Source of the DNA: Takakia lepidozioides
Taxonomy: Eukaryota; Plantae; Bryophyta
Assembly: GCA_030704615.1 (NCBI GenBank)
Contig: CM060732.1
Location: 15,872,001-15,936,000 of the forward strand
Length of the DNA stretch: 64,000 nt
Direction: 5' to 3'
In this document: positions 12,546 through 26,429 of the stretch, in pieces
Layout: the number at the start of each line of letters is the position of its first letter
Position numbering within the stretch: position 1 is the first letter of the stretch
Made by a program: the position numbers and the translations under genes
The notes under the pieces: model-generated
What the model saw: the letters and a program-made list of their open reading frames with translations, nothing else
Told to the model about the DNA's origin: nothing
Databases searched by the model: none

Positions 12546-12974
12546 ACACATACGAGCCATGCCCGCTTCCCACGCTGGTTTCCAGGTTATCGTGTGAAGA
12601 CTTTGCATTTAGGACAAACACATACATTTCGTTCACGGAACCAGGGCAAATGCACATGCCATTCATTGTAAGCGTCTATCTGTGAATTGAAATAAAGTGT
12701 GTCAATCATTCTGAGCTCAATTCTGCCATATTTTCATATTCCTCTTTTTGTGCAGGCATTGCAGACATGGTGCATGGTGGCCCCCTTTGTTTTGTCCACG
12801 GTAATAGGCCCTCTTCTTGCAATCCTTGCCTATTGGACGTGCTTCTCCAGCAGATTTGTGCCGCTCACGCTTTGTAGCTACAACGTGAGCTCAGCTCCCA
12901 GGCTCACGGGGCTGGGCTCACACCGTAGCTACGCTGATGTAAAACGGCTTGTTTGGGGCATGACCATTGGTTGT

Positions 12975-13835
12975 CAAGAAATGGCTAAGTCCCTGGGGTT
13001 ACTGCCCCCAAGATAGGGAAAATGGCACCGAATTTCCTGTCTTGGTGGAAGCCATCCTGGGGACTAGCCATTTGGAAGGCCCGAATCTGGAAATTCGGCG
13101 CCATTTTCCCAGCTTGTGAGGGCCCAGAATGGCTGTCCAATGAGGTGCTCGCCACGACACGGGGAAAATGGTGTCAAATTTGCAGTTTAGGTGCCACCCA
13201 CCCTAGGGACTTAGCAGTTTCTTGCCCCCGCAACTCGAAATTCGGCGCCATTTTCTCCCAGTTTGGCCCAAAAATGGCTAAGTCCTAGAAGGGGCTGGCT
13301 CCCAGCTTGGAAAAACGGCGCCGAATTTCCAGTATCGGTGCCAGCGACCCCAGGGACTTAGCCATTTCCGGGGCCCGGAACTGGAAGTTTGGCGCCATTT
13401 TTCCAGGTTGGGTCCGAAAGTGGCCAAGTCCCAGAAGGGGTGGCCACCAACCTGGAAAATGGCGCCGAATTTCAGTATCGGTGCTAGCCACCCCCGGGAC
13501 TTAGCCATTTTCGGGGCACGGAACTGGAAATTCAGCGCCATTTTTCCAGGTTAGGTCCGAAAGTGGTTGTCCGAGAAAGGGCTGGCCCCCAACCTGGAAA
13601 AATGGCGCCGAATTTCCAGTTTTGGTGCCAGCCACCCTAGGGACAGCCATTTTTGGGGCCCGAAAGTGGAAATTCGGCGCCATTTTCCTAGGTTGGGCCC
13701 CAAAACGGCTAAGTCCCAGAATGGGTTGCCTTGCCCTCGGGAAAAATGGCGCCGAATTACCACTTTCGTTGCTCGGCACCCTGGGGTGCCAGGACCAACG
13801 GGCCCACCCCGCATGGAAATTCGGCGCCATGTTTG
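12975..13835. repeat. Degenerate array of AAATTCGGCGCCATTTT / GGACTTAGCCATTTT motifs in both orientations (intronic repeat of the MTase gene family)
   Basis: Same motifs as 49270-50070, and likewise directly upstream of the acceptor TGAATGCAG|GTACTG. Confidence 0.85.
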
Positions 13836-13901
13836 CAGTTTCTTGACGAAACATTAACCTCATTCCCGAGACCTGAGTCTCTGTGGGTTTCTTGAATGCA
13901 G

Positions 13902-14577
13902 GTACTGCAAGTTGTCCCTGTTGGAAAAATGTCATCTGTCCTTCGAGCCACCATTCTTCCTCGCATGGAGGAACCCTGGCGTTGACTCCATGTACATAGA
14001 CGTTATCATGAAGGAGTGGCAGCTGGAGCATTTGAGCGACTGCCCTTGGTATGTGGACCTTCCGTCCGGAGGGCTCGACGCCTCCGAGTTTCAATTGAAG
14101 CTGGATGCTGAGGCCTGCCAAAACCGGGCTCCGCTGCCTCCGCTGGATCCAAAGGAGGCGAAAGCGCTTACCAAGTCCAGGAAAGCGGCAGAGCTTGTTC
14201 AGACAGGTATTCATGAGAAGTTGAATGAGAAGAATAAAGGGTTGAAGAAAATGACACGGAAACAGGGGACTGCAGTAACCCCCAAAAAACAGAAAACCAG
14301 CGGGGCACGAGAGGAGACACAGGATGGGCCCGAAGGGAGTGACTCCGACGACGACTTTGTGCAAGGTCCTGCGACTGCTGCTGCTGCTACCAAGTCACCA
14401 GTAGTCCGGGTTCCCAAGTCAGTTCGGACTAGGACTGGCTCTGCCAAGAAGTTGGCATTTGAGGGCGAGCCTACACGGCCGTATTTGGCGGTGACGTTTC
14501 CCCACAGGCCAAAGTTAGGACCCCCAACAATCATCCAATGTGTCAATGAGAGCTTCATTGATGCTCTGGCTGCCAGG
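13902..14577 (+). pseudogene. Second copy of exon 6 of the ParB-MTase gene, cut by an LTR at 14578
   Basis: Close match to 50101-50776 (SLLEK.HLSFEPPFFLAWRNPG...IIQCVNESF.DALAAR). Confidence 0.85.
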
Positions 14578-17146
14578 TGACGAGCCTCGTCGCGCGCGCA
14601 ACATCTGCGGGGAAAACGAAGGCTAACGTCGATCCGGGGCCTGGAGTTCGGCGACGAGGTGGGTCGGGCTCAAGAACCGCCCACCCGTGAAGTGTGTCGC
14701 TAAGCTTGGCGGAGGGTCAGCGGTCGATGGAGGGAACTGCCTCCCGCTATCATAAACTACCAGCAAACGCAGGTTTCAACTCCTACGCTCGTGGGGCATA
14801 ATTCGTTTGTTGTCTCCTATGGAATCTACTCCTAGCTAATTGCCTTCCAAGTCTTCTTTATTACACTTAATACGGCTTCACCCCGGAGCTTGTCGGTGTC
14901 CCCGGAAGATCTTCTTCACCTGGATTGACTGCTACCGAAAGCGTTAAGGGCAAGCCACTTAGGTCTAGGTTGCTTCACCAACACGCGCCCCCGGATCGCA
15001 CGTGTGTGCAAAGGGGTCGCCTATGTTCCCGCTATCCGAAGGGGAGAGCACACCCTAGCTTAGCCAAAAAGCTCTTTACCTGGACAATATCCCATTTTTC
15101 CGCTAGTTGCTAGGGCCCTTGGCTATTTTCTAATACTAGATATTGATAAGAAAAATATAAAACATACTATCCTAGGAAAGCTATGATAATTAGGAAATAG
15201 AGATAAAAATCCTAGATTTATTTACCTCTATTCCTATTTTCTGGTAATTTTCTAAACAGAAAACCCACTTCAAAATTAATTACTAAGGCTAAAAATTCAC
15301 TAATTCTAGAAAAATAGGCATTAGGTAGGAATTCATCTAAGCTTTCCAATGATCCATGGCTTGGCCTCTAGATAATTCTCTAACCCCCTCTCATTGCCCA
15401 AAAACCATTATCAAGATGTGGGAACCATAGGGAATTGGCCTAAGACGTCCAAACAATCCCCTAAGCCTTTAATACATAGCCCCTAGCCTCTAGATCTCAG
15501 GTTCAAACCCCCCTAGAGCTAAAATGACTTGTTAAAATACCGGATGAAAACTGCATTGATCATCCACAGATCATCCACTGTTCATCCTTGCAATGGATGA
15601 AAAACTGCATTTATCATCCGTCCTTCATCCGTTCTACATCCATTCTGCAGATGAAATACTACTTATCTCATCTGCCCCTCATCCATCCATTCCTAACCAT
15701 CCACTATTCCACATTCCTCAAAAAACGCTCCTCACATATAAATAATATATTTTGGTGGGTCTGCTGTTGGTTCCTCCACCTTATCTAAGTGCATTTTAAG
15801 GCTGGGTGCAACCGGAAATGAGTCCCTCTCCCACTTCAAACCCCCTTCTACCCCTCCCAAAAGCTTTGTACTTATCATCCGCTTTTGGTGAGCAAGGTGT
15901 CTCGGTGTGAGCCGAGCGGCCGATTTCCGATCTGACCACCTATGATATACCAAAACGAAGGCCTCGAAGGCCTTCACCTTCCATTCAAATTCCCAACCCA
16001 GCTGCTAAGGAGGCAACATCTCAACACTCCCTCAATCGAACTAGGCAAGACCATTCAAAAAATATTTTCCTAGCTAAGACCCCCCCCTTAATTTCTTACC
16101 CACTGGTCCGGACCATCCTGGTTACCCGCTGGTCGCAACGCAGCGTGGCAGCACATGGTAAGGCGGGCCAACGGACCGCTGGTCTCGGCTTTCCGGGTAA
16201 AGCGACGGACCGCTGGGTAAAGCCAGAGTACGCTTAGGTGGCCAGCATGGCCTAACCCCCACCCTGCGTGGCTGCTGTCGAGCAGCTTGGGGGCTGGGGT
16301 GGTCAACGCCTCGGATTCCGCAGGGCCTGCAGCCCGCTTCAAACCAATAGCCAACTCATGGCTATTGCCATGGTATCCACTTTATGGCGCCTCACTTTTG
16401 GGAACCCCGTCATGAATCCATGGTCTTTTGCTTGCACCTAAAAAAAACAAAGAAATAAACCCCAAGCTAACCCCAAAGGGACTAGCCTAACCTTCCCAAG
16501 GGTTAGCTATGGTCCTCCATAGCTTAGCCAAGCTAGGGAGGCCACATTAGATCTGATTTTTTATCTGTAAATTAGTTATGCATGAAAAATAAATTTCCAG
16601 CGACAAAATAAACTTGAAAAAAGCATCACAAATTTGCTAGCTCTTCCACCTTACTCCTCTCCTAGGGGGGGTGATATGCTTAACAAATAGACAAATTAAT
16701 GGCAAGTCTAGAGGGCTTAGTGCACACTAAGCTACACTCACATGCGCCAAATGAAATGAAATAACAAAACAAAAGAAGGTTTCCCACTAAGCTTTATGCA
16801 AGCATCTACCCAATATTAGTGGGTTAGCTTCCTTTGCATGCCTAGCTAGCTTCACACATGAACATCAAGCCTAGTGGCCAACAACAAAGAGAACCCACAC
16901 CCCTCCTAGAGATCCCACTGCATGGTTAGCTCTCTAGGGGTTAGATCTTTCCACTCTTAAGCCAAAAGACAAAGCATAGATAAAAATGACAACTCCTTGG
17001 GCCTCTTGGCCACTAAGGAGGGTTAGTCTCTCTCTTTCCCCAAGCTCCCACTACTCTTTAGGTAGCTAGGACCAAGCTAATGTTAGATATAAGCTTCCAA
17101 CAACAATGGACAAGCAAGAGAACGCCCAGCCTATGTTCTATTGTCA
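14578..17146. mobile_element. Probable solo LTR (~2.57 kb) with non-matching flanks
   Basis: TGAC...GTCA termini. Begins where homology to 50.8 kb stops, is non-coding, and has flanks CCAGG / GATCA (no TSD). Confidence 0.5.
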
Positions 17147-18568
17147 GATCACAACCCCTAGGCCCACGTCTCCCCCCCTCCCGACCCTGGTCTTGAGCCT
17201 TCCCCGCCTCACTACCTTGGACCCCCCAACATACTTCCTCCACCCACCCAATTTATTCTAACCACTCTACCCCATCCCCAACCCCCTTAAACAAATTTTC
17301 CAGCAACGCCTCACCACCTCACTAGCCTGTCAAAAATTCTACCACATATTCTGGACAACCCCACCCCTTCATGTACAGCCCCCGAGGCCGATACCGACTA
17401 TTCCTAGGTAAGTCTAAGCATTTCTACCATCAGCCTCCCAACCCGGACAACTTACACATAGACATCTGCTTGACCCTATTACTACTTGATGTGGGGACAT
17501 ACACCCTAAACCTGGACCATCCGCCATCAACGATATCATCAGAAAGCTCCCCGCTCACTACTACGTTTAGAAGGGGTTAGCGACGCCAGGACCCCAGGCG
17601 CGCCGGACGCGCCGACCCCCCTGCGACTGCAGCGTCGCACAGGCGTCCGGCTCGGGACTTGCGACGTCAGGGCGTCGTAATGCCGGCGCTCGGACGACGT
17701 TGTGGCATCTTGCGATGTCATGCCGTCGTCGGAAAGGGGCCTGACCCCATTCCCCCGCCAACGCACTGGGGGGTTGCGATGCCCTGGCGTCGCAACAATT
17801 TGCTGCAACGCCCCCGGGATGCTACGACGCCGGGGAATCGCAACGAGACGTTGCAGCGACGCTTTTGCGACGGCAGGGAACCGTGTTTTTTTTTTTTTTT
17901 TTTTTTTTTGATTCCCCGCCGTCGCAAAAGCGTCGCTGCGATTCCCCGGCGTCCTGGGGGCGTCGCGGAAAATTGATTCTGGGAGTAGATTGTAGAGCAT
18001 AATGGGCTTGGCATCCTTAGACTATAGTCGTTGTTCAACAATAAGTTGCAATGCAGCTTTGCAAAACTTAGGCCATTGATAGATATTTGTTTTTGAAGAA
18101 CTCTGGGGACAAGTCTCGGTGCAAGTTCCAGCTGTGAGAGCTCCTGTAGAGTACGCATAATCTGCAACACAATGATAGGATTGAGATAGTGGTAGTCACT
18201 AGGAGCTAACTCTTGATATGTATATATATACTTGGACTACTTTTGTGATACATAGATGTATTGTAGATTTGTTGGTTAGTGTGCAGTGTCTTAGTAATGT
18301 TATAATGTGGAGGTCCTAGGTTCAAATATGCATTGCCTATTATATGTAGAACGATGCATGAACTGCCATTGGACAAAACCGGAGTCAATGGTCAACGTCG
18401 AGTCAATAGTCAACTAATTTTTTAAATTCAAATTCAAATTCAAAATTTCCCACCTAAATTCAAATGTACCCCCCTACTGTGACGTCTGGGGGTCGCATTT
18501 ACGACCCCCGGATGTCCCTAATGCGACGTCGCAGAAAAAACGTCGCAGAAAAAAACGTTTGTTTTGTT

Positions 18569-18610
<42 letters not shown>

Positions 18611-19799
18611 CGCGATGCCCGGACGTCGCAGGTCGCGCCGGCGCCGCGGCCGGGGGGTCCCGGGGGCTTTGCAATTCCCCGACGACGCTAATTAGCAACG
18701 TTCCGGGAGGGACGTCGCTGCGACTTCCCGACGTCGCAAAATGCCTCCGGTGCGCCACGGGCGCCATAGAGTATTTCCGTCGCTAATCGCGGCGGTTGGA
18801 GGTCGTTGGGGCATCGCTAACCCCCCCCAAACGTAGTAGTAGCTGATGCACAAGATAGATATGCATTATAATTTCAGCCAAACACCATGTCGCTCATGAA
18901 CAACTACCGATACATCTCTGACCACTTTACCCCCTTCTTCCCGCAAGACCCGCCTACCCATCATCCACCTACGGCCCATATTACAACATTTGGACTTCCC
19001 ACTAGCCTTTACCCAACACTCTCTAAAGTCTTACAAAAACTTCAAACCTTTCCGCCGACCCACCTTCTATTCACTTTTATAATCCTCATCTCTCATTTGC
19101 CTGATACTTGTAACGGATTTTTTCACTCCCACTCTCCCTCCCAACTCCGCTCCTTCTCCTACGATTAAAAACCTGACATCCCTCCCCACAAATACTTAGC
19201 CCCACCGCACCATCTAACCACACTCCGTTTATCCCTCAATCTTCTACAGTCCTATCTAGGTACAGGTTATCCTAGGAGCCCACCTGACTATCATAACCAC
19301 TCCCAATCCCGACCTCACCGAAACCACTCAAAAATTTGCATTCCTCTCTAAGGAAATCCTCGTAGCTACACTCAAGGCCACTACCCCTCTTGCGGGTTTC
19401 TCCCCTCCACCGGTAACTACACCACCCCCACCCCCACCCCTACACCCACCCAACCCGTCATACCCGTCCCTTTGCCCAACACTAGCACCAACTCCCTCAT
19501 TATCACCTCATGGAACGTCGGCTCTCTTGCTACTAGTATACAGAGTCTCATCCACCTCACCACTGACTCCACCCCTCACTTCATACTGCTGCAAGAAACC
19601 AAACTACACACTAGTAACACCAATAGTTCCTACATCAACAAACTCCTCAGGATTACCTACCTGCTATACAACAACCCACTCACCACGCCACAATGCCTCC
19701 TCAGACGCTCTGCACCCTACAAACCCACCAGAGGAGGTGTCGCACTCGGCATTCTGCGCTCACATCACTCACCTAGCACCACCACTAAAGTTACTATAC
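17147..19799 (+). mobile_element. LINE fragment leading into an APE endonuclease; interrupted by a CACTA element and by the DNMT retroelement
   Basis: 19472 onward: SLIITSWNVGSL...FILLQETKL...GGVALGI (APE motifs). The frame continues at 28776 after the insertion. Confidence 0.7.
17556..18841. mobile_element. Non-autonomous CACTA (En/Spm) element, 1286 bp
   Basis: TIR CACTACTACGTTT..GGGGTTAGCGA / TCGCTAACCCC..AAACGTAGTAGTA (terminal G->A), 3-bp TSD GCT, and subterminal GCGACG/CGTCGC repeats. Confidence 0.9.
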
Positions 19800-20666
19800 T
19801 GTCAAGTTATTTTACCACTAGTGTGAAGTTAGCTAGGAAATAGCTAGCTTTTATATATTGACATTTGGGATTGACCCAAGTGTCAATCCAGGGGCCAATA
19901 CATGTTTGGGCACCTGACGTTGTTATCTTCACGGCAGATCGCGGTGGGCTCATCTTTCTCGAGTTGAGCCTTACCGCGTCTAGCTATGGCGCCGTAGTGT
20001 GGATTCCCCATGGCATGGGGTGCACTTGGCTCGACTTAATATATGAGTGATGTTTTCATGTGCAAGTGTGCTTCTAGTATGAAGCAGAGGAGATGCTGGC
20101 CACAAGTGGGCGAACTGGTGGTCGTCTTCTTCAGCTGTAGGCCGAGTTAAGGAGCTACAGAAATGTGGGCTGCGCATGGGAAGCTAGCATGTTGCAGGTT
20201 GGAGATGATATAGCTCTAGGTATCTGCCCGAAACTAGTTGTTGCGGGTAGATGAGGAGCAGCCGAATGGTGGAGCTACGAGGGGATGCATCGCAGCCTGC
20301 TGGGAGCTTCAGCTCCAAGCTCTTGAAGAGGTATGAGTGAAGAGAGGGGGCTGGTCCCTCTTGTGTGCAAAGCAGTGCACTTGTGAAGAATGTATTGAGT
20401 TGGAGTTTCAATCTGAAACTCAGCAGTGTAAGGGCTCTTGGAGTGGCAAGAGCGGGGCTGGAAGGGCAACAGCAAGGCGTCCTAGAGCCAGGGGATGTGC
20501 AGTAGAACTGCAGGTATACCAAGGTTGTAAAGGTGTGTATTTTCAGATTTGTTTTTGTAAGCTTCATGGAGAAAATGGAGCTTGTTGGGCAGCATATGGC
20601 TTGCTTGTTGAGCTAGGGGCGCTTCTAGTGGGCCGTGAGAGCTCAGGAGTGCAGGGCGTGGTTGTC

Positions 20667-22949
20667 TTACATGACAACTCCAGGTGTCACCATGGTGCGC
20701 TCAATGGCTGGCCTAGCTGGCAGCTCCATCAACCTGGCAGCTGCAGCTTGCCATGGCGCCGCCGTGGCAGTCTTGACCCTCACATCCGAGGATCTCTCCG
20801 GCACTACACCTCCCACTATCTCCGCAGAAGATGAAGTAATCACCTCACTCTCACAGAGTGTCGCTACCAGCCTGAACACCTCAGCTGGTCTTACCCCCGG
20901 TGTCGCAATCATGGTAGCTGAGAACAATGGAGCCTGGCATACAGATGTGGCCGCCCCCAGCAGCACACTAGCTGCCGTAGCCTTGGCAACACTAGGTAGT
21001 GGTGCTGCCCGTGTAGCTCTCCCCAATGGCATAGTAACCTCCGCCTCAGTAACAGTCGGGCGAGAACTAGGTGCCATGGATGGCGTCAACACGGTCTCCG
21101 CCAATGTGAATGACTGAGGAAGCCTGGCCTGACGGCTTGCCTCCCCACGCTGTGGATCCAACTCCACCTCCGCACACCGTGGCTGAGGAACTCGTGCTAC
21201 TCCTCGAGTCACTACTGCAGCTGACTCCACTTGCACTAGTGGTAGTCATGCCCCGCACATAGTGGTAGTGGTAGTGCTGCCCGACACTAGTGGTAGTGGT
21301 GCCCCACCCACAGTGGTAGTGGTAGTGGCACCCCTCACTAGTGGTAGTGGTGCCCCACCCATAGTGGTAGTGGTAGTGGCACCCCTCACTAGTGGTAGTG
21401 CTGCCCCGCACATGAATCCCATGCCTCCCATGTCTCCTCCCTCAGGAGCAGGAGGTGGACCATCCGGCCTTGGAGCCGGTACCACCTGAGCTGTGGCCAT
21501 GGCAGCGAGCTTCTGCTCTAGCTGCTGAAACCGGTTGGCCATGCCTTGGTCACCACCCTGACCTCCGCGTCCTTGGCCATGTTGAACTTGCCCTTGGCCT
21601 GCACCTCGTGCTTGGCCACCTCGTCCTCTCTAGGCTGCTCCGCCTCGCCCCCGGCCACCATTGTTCCTTTGGAACTGGCCTGGGCGCAACTCAGGATGCA
21701 AACCATAGCACTGGGCCTCTCCATGCTCGTACTTGCCACAATGCCCACACTGCAACTGTGCAGGCTGTGCCGGTGCCAAACCATTGCCTCCCTCTGGGCA
21801 ATCCTTCTTGACATGGGGTCCTCCACATGTCCAGTACACCACATCTGCCCGTTGTTGGCTAGCAAATGAAGGGAGAGATCCCTGCATCGGAGGTCCTTTC
21901 TGCCCTTCCCTAGGCTTCACCTGAGCCCCCTTGTTGCCTTGAGCACGTTGAGGTAGTGGCTGGCTAGGAGCACCACTACCCCATGGTGCCTCCTTAGCAA
22001 ATCCCACCATGACCACTCGTTCCTCCACCATGTTGAGCTCTATCCGCTCTGCCAGCAAAAACACATTTGCTAAGGTGGGTTGGGCCGCTTGTAGGAGAGT
22101 TGCATCCCGCACCCTTCTCCTCAGCTCCTTGTCCAATATCCCATACCAGAATTGGACTGCCTGAGCTTCCGCTTCCCCTTGGGTTACATTTATCAAGCGC
22201 CTCATGCGAGTGAAAGCCTCCCTCAAGCTCTGAGTCGGCTTCCATTGGAACTCTTGCAGGCTCCGCAACTTCTCTGTCCTCACCCCTTGGTAGTTCCCTC
22301 TCAATTCTTCGAAGAACTCCACAACAGGGTTGAAGGCAGGCACGGGTACTGGTGCTGGTGCGATAGTGGCTTGGGTGGACGTCGTAGCTACGGTACCACC
22401 AGTCCCACTAGTCCCACTGCTGCTTGCTGAAGCTGTCGGTGCAGCGACAGGTGTAGCCACTGCCCTCGTGGCTCTAGTGCCCCTAGTGATGGAGACATAG
22501 TCGGGTGACCAGTACATCCTCCACTCCTTGATCTCAACCTTATGCCCCCGCCTGAACTCATGGTAATCATCCATAGGCGGCTTCTCAAGATGCTGAGACA
22601 ACCTCTTCCATGCCATGAAAGGCGTAAATAGTTGTGGATTGCGCATTTGCTGCAAATCACACCAACTATCAAACTCTTGGATAAAATCATCAAACTCAAT
22701 GGTGCCCACCGCCCCAGAGTACCTTCGTGGCCCTTTGGTAGCTCCATACATCTCCTCCATTGTGTCCCACAACAATGGCAAGGAAACAACTTGAATCGCC
22801 GGTGTGAGTCCTCCTGATTCACAATCCGAATCAGAACCTTCCGTAGAAGACACAGGAGGTGAAGGTTGCCTAAACCGCACACCTCGTCTCGTGTACCCAC
22901 TAGTATCGCTAATGCTCGAACCGGCACTGTCCCCAGCAACTAGTGGCAC
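20667..22949 (-). pseudogene. gag: Gag-like ORF with two zinc-knuckle-like motifs, antisense to pol
   Basis: EFDDFIQEFDSWC, QSLREAFTRMRRL, YWTCGGPHVKKDC and CGHCGKYEHGEAQC. Frameshifted segments 21630-22949, 21246-21542 and 20667-21236; includes 3.5 x 51-bp in-frame repeat at 21235-21412. Confidence 0.75.
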
Positions 22950-24384
22950 CTCCGTGTTGACAAACTGTCACTCAACCGGTCAGGAACATGTCCCTAACCC
23001 CCTCTCCACAAGGTAACCGGGTAGAGAACCTGTTGCGGCTTATGGTTTGGAATACTAGGTTCCTAACATAGCCTGCACCTGCATCCACCGCAGGCACTCC
23101 TATGGTTGGCTGGTCATCATCTCCAACCTCACCACAGGAAAAACAAAGATGGTCTGACTGGTCATCAACCCAGCCTCACCATCGACAACATGCTCTAGGG
23201 TTGGATCGGCGATCAAGCCCGAGTCAACCACCTATAAAATCAAGCGCCCACACAAAACTAACATGGCGCACAATTAAGCATGCAGGTGTGGAAGGGATCC
23301 AAACACAAGAATGAAAACAACAACTCCCCCACACCAAAAACAACTCCACAGTGTCGCTCCTGCAACCCAACCCAAACCCGGACTGACTCATGCCTCCACC
23401 TACGGAAAGGTCTCGGCCTACAGAGAAGGTGGAAAGCTACGAGGAAGGGAAACTAAAGCAATGCCTATCCCCAACACGCTCTTATCCCAACACCCTCTAT
23501 TTTCCTCTCTTCTCTCACTTGCATGACCATGAGAGCATCCTGTAGACACTCCTCAAACCGCCCTCCACGAGCTCATGAAACTTGGCCTCCAAGACCCCAT
23601 GCAAGCCTCCATAGGGTCCGCCTGTGCCTCCTTACGTCCACCAGCCATTCCTCAGAACGGAACCACCTCAGGAAACCACGCCATTCACTGAAGGTTCAAA
23701 GATGGAGCAAATAGAGGTACATATAGGCCCCAACAACATTCTGTCCAAAGGAATTACCTGCAGGCTGGTCTCCCCCATAGTTAAGAATTGGGCTGAAAAC
23801 CAGAAAAGATTACATGCAGGGGAGTAATCCCATTTGTTAAAACGCAATAGGGAGGCAATTCTGACTTTTCTGCCGGATCAGCTAGCTCGGAACCGTTGTT
23901 CTTCAGAGCCTTGCCTCCCCATCAAGGTCCCACGAAACGAGTGAAAAGACCTTTTTTTTTTTTTTTTTTTTTTGTTTTTTTTGGTTCTGTTCGCGGCCTT
24001 CTGTGGCTCCAACCGCCACGACTCCTCACGGCCCGCCCTAGGCACTCGTTGGCCATGGGCTGCCTCGTGATACCCCGTGGTACCACTCCCACGAGCCTTC
24101 ACGGCCCGCCATTCCCACGATCTGGTCACCGTGCCCACCCGTTGTGTCCGCACCATGACTTCCAACGGTCACGGTCAACAGTCACGGTCAACCATCACGA
24201 CCTGGGCTCGTGGTATCTCGTGATACCGCCCCAACGGCCCATCACGGCCACTATTCCCTGCGTTCCCTGGAACTCCCAACAAGTTCTCATGCGTTCCCGA
24301 GGCGTTCCCACGCGTTCCCGAGCTCTTCCTAAGCTGGGGTTTGCTCCTGCACCTGCTGCCGACGAGCTATGGCTTCTGCGGAGC

Positions 24385-24780
24385 CATCAGCCTTTCTGTT
24401 TGAGTGGACCGGCAGGCAAGAGGTACCGGCCGCTGCGGGTTTTGTTGGACTCGGGAGCTCAGCCATTGATGTTGGGCAGAGCTGCTATTGCAGGCTTGGG
24501 CCTCACGGAGGCGGGTATGGAGTCGTGCCCTTTCCAGATACAGACATCTCTGGTAGGATCAGAGCAGGCTCGGGGCATGACATGGCGTGAGTTGGCTATC
24601 CGACTACAGCCAGATCATCCTACAGATGGCTCAGTGATGAGAGCCAAGGCCATTGTGACAGACGCGGTCTCGTAGATGTCCTTGTTGGTGGGGCAGTGTT
24701 GTACCCCATGGGCTTCACCCTGGATTTTTGGGAGGAGTCAGCTTCCTATAGGCCTGGATGGCAGTCAGGGGAGGGCCGGC
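24385..24780 (+). pseudogene. Retropepsin-like aspartic protease
   Basis: RVLLDSGAQPLMLG ... S*DVLVGG (D-S-G active site plus second motif); in-frame TAG at 24673. Confidence 0.8.
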
Positions 24781-25134
24781 GTGGGCAGCTCCCTGTGACG
24801 TTCATAGGAGGAGTTGCAGTTGCCCAGCGAGGCGAGATGCCAACATTGGCAACATTCATAGTTGCAGTGACTTGGCCTCGAGAGTTGTTGGATGGCAACA
24901 CTCATTCAGAGGATGTGTCACCTCCGGGAGAGCAGGATGACATGTATGGTATGGCGGAGTTGTCTGCCATGGTTGCTCACACTCCATTGTGGGGCTCGAG
25001 CAAGGATTTGCAGTGGGTTGCTGATTGTCGTGTGCAACGAGCCTGGGTAGAGGCTTTTGTACCGTCAGGAGAGGAGGACAGTGCGGGGATTGCACCAGGA
25101 CCACCTCAGTTGTCTCTATTGGACACCACACCTA

Positions 25135-26130
25135 TTGTTTGGCAGTGTCTGGATGAAGGCATTTGCCTTCTGGACTTGTTTGGCGGGATCAGCCCCGGGT
25201 TGGCTGCTGTTCTACAGGCAATTGAACGAGTACGGCGTTACTTGTATGTGGAGAGGGATGAGACCGCACAACGCGTCTCACTTCGTCATGTTGCTCAGTT
25301 GGTGCAGCGGTACCCTGAGTTGTTGCCGGTGTCTACGGTGCGTGGATATCAGCAGGCTTTGCTAGCAGACATTTCTTTGCTGGGGGCATAGGATTTGGAG
25401 TGGGTTGGCTCCATTGATTTGGTAGTGGCAGGTTGGCCTTGCCAAGGGCATTCATCAGCCGGGCATGGCAATGGATTGCGAGACTCGAGGTCGGGTCTGT
25501 TTTGGGAGATGGTGCGGGTTTTGCGCCACTTACAGCTTCATCAAGCTGTATCTCCAGCATACATCTTGGAGAATGTGCCACTGATGGGCAATTCTCGGGC
25601 CAGGGTGATGGCCAATGTGTACCAAGTCTGGTCGTGGCTTGGGTCAGCAGTGTTGCTGGATGCAGTTATAGTGGGGTCACGGGCTCATCGTCCACGGCTA
25701 TGGTGGACTAATTTGATGCCACCCACACTGCTCAAGCGTGCATTTGATGGGGTGCAGTAGCCATCACACCTCACAGCACTTGGATAGCATTTTGGACACA
25801 TGCAGGCGGTCTCAGCATGTGAGACACGATGACCGTTCGCCTTTGGCAGTGGTCAACAAGGTGGGTCAACCACGAGTAGCACTACCTACACTGCTCAGCT
25901 TCCCAGGATCGCATGCTTTCCGGGATAGTGGACCTGGCCTCTTGTGGGATGCTCAGTTGCAGCAGTTAGTGGAGCCTAATGCCGACGAGCAAGAGCGGGC
26001 TATGGGTTTTTCCACTGGGACCACGGCGGTGCCTTCTCTTTCTAAGGCATCACCTCGTCAGGTATGGGGCAAGCAATGGATCTAAATTGCTTGACTTGGA
26101 TTATCAGCTTGGCTATGGCTGAGCAACGTA
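25135..26130 (+). pseudogene. C5 cytosine DNA methyltransferase, DNMT3-like, embedded in pol
   Basis: Motifs in canonical order: I LDLFGGIS (25170), II YVERD, IV AGWPCQG (25431), SGLFWEMVRVL, VI ILENV (25569), VIII AHRPRLWWTN, IX ERAMGF, X GQAMD. Two TAG stops (25389, 25758) and a frameshift at ~26060. Confidence 0.9.
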
Positions 26131-26429
26131 GAGTGCGGAGTGCACTTCCCTTGACGGTCTCTCTGCCTACCGAGACGGTACAGGCAGTGAGTGGGGGCGA
26201 GCCGGTGAAGACCACGAGGTGTAGACATCCATGGCACACGTGGGAGGTGCTCGAGGTTCAGAGGGAGTTGGCAGCCAAGGCGGCTGTGATGGATGAGGTT
26301 GGGGATTCTTCTCGGGTTGAGGAGGTCCTCAAGGATGAGATGATGGGGCAAGATGAGGCCTTGTCATTGACTGAGCAGGCAGGGAGTACTGCTCAAGAGG
26401 TTGCGGCATAGCAACCACGGGACGCGTCC

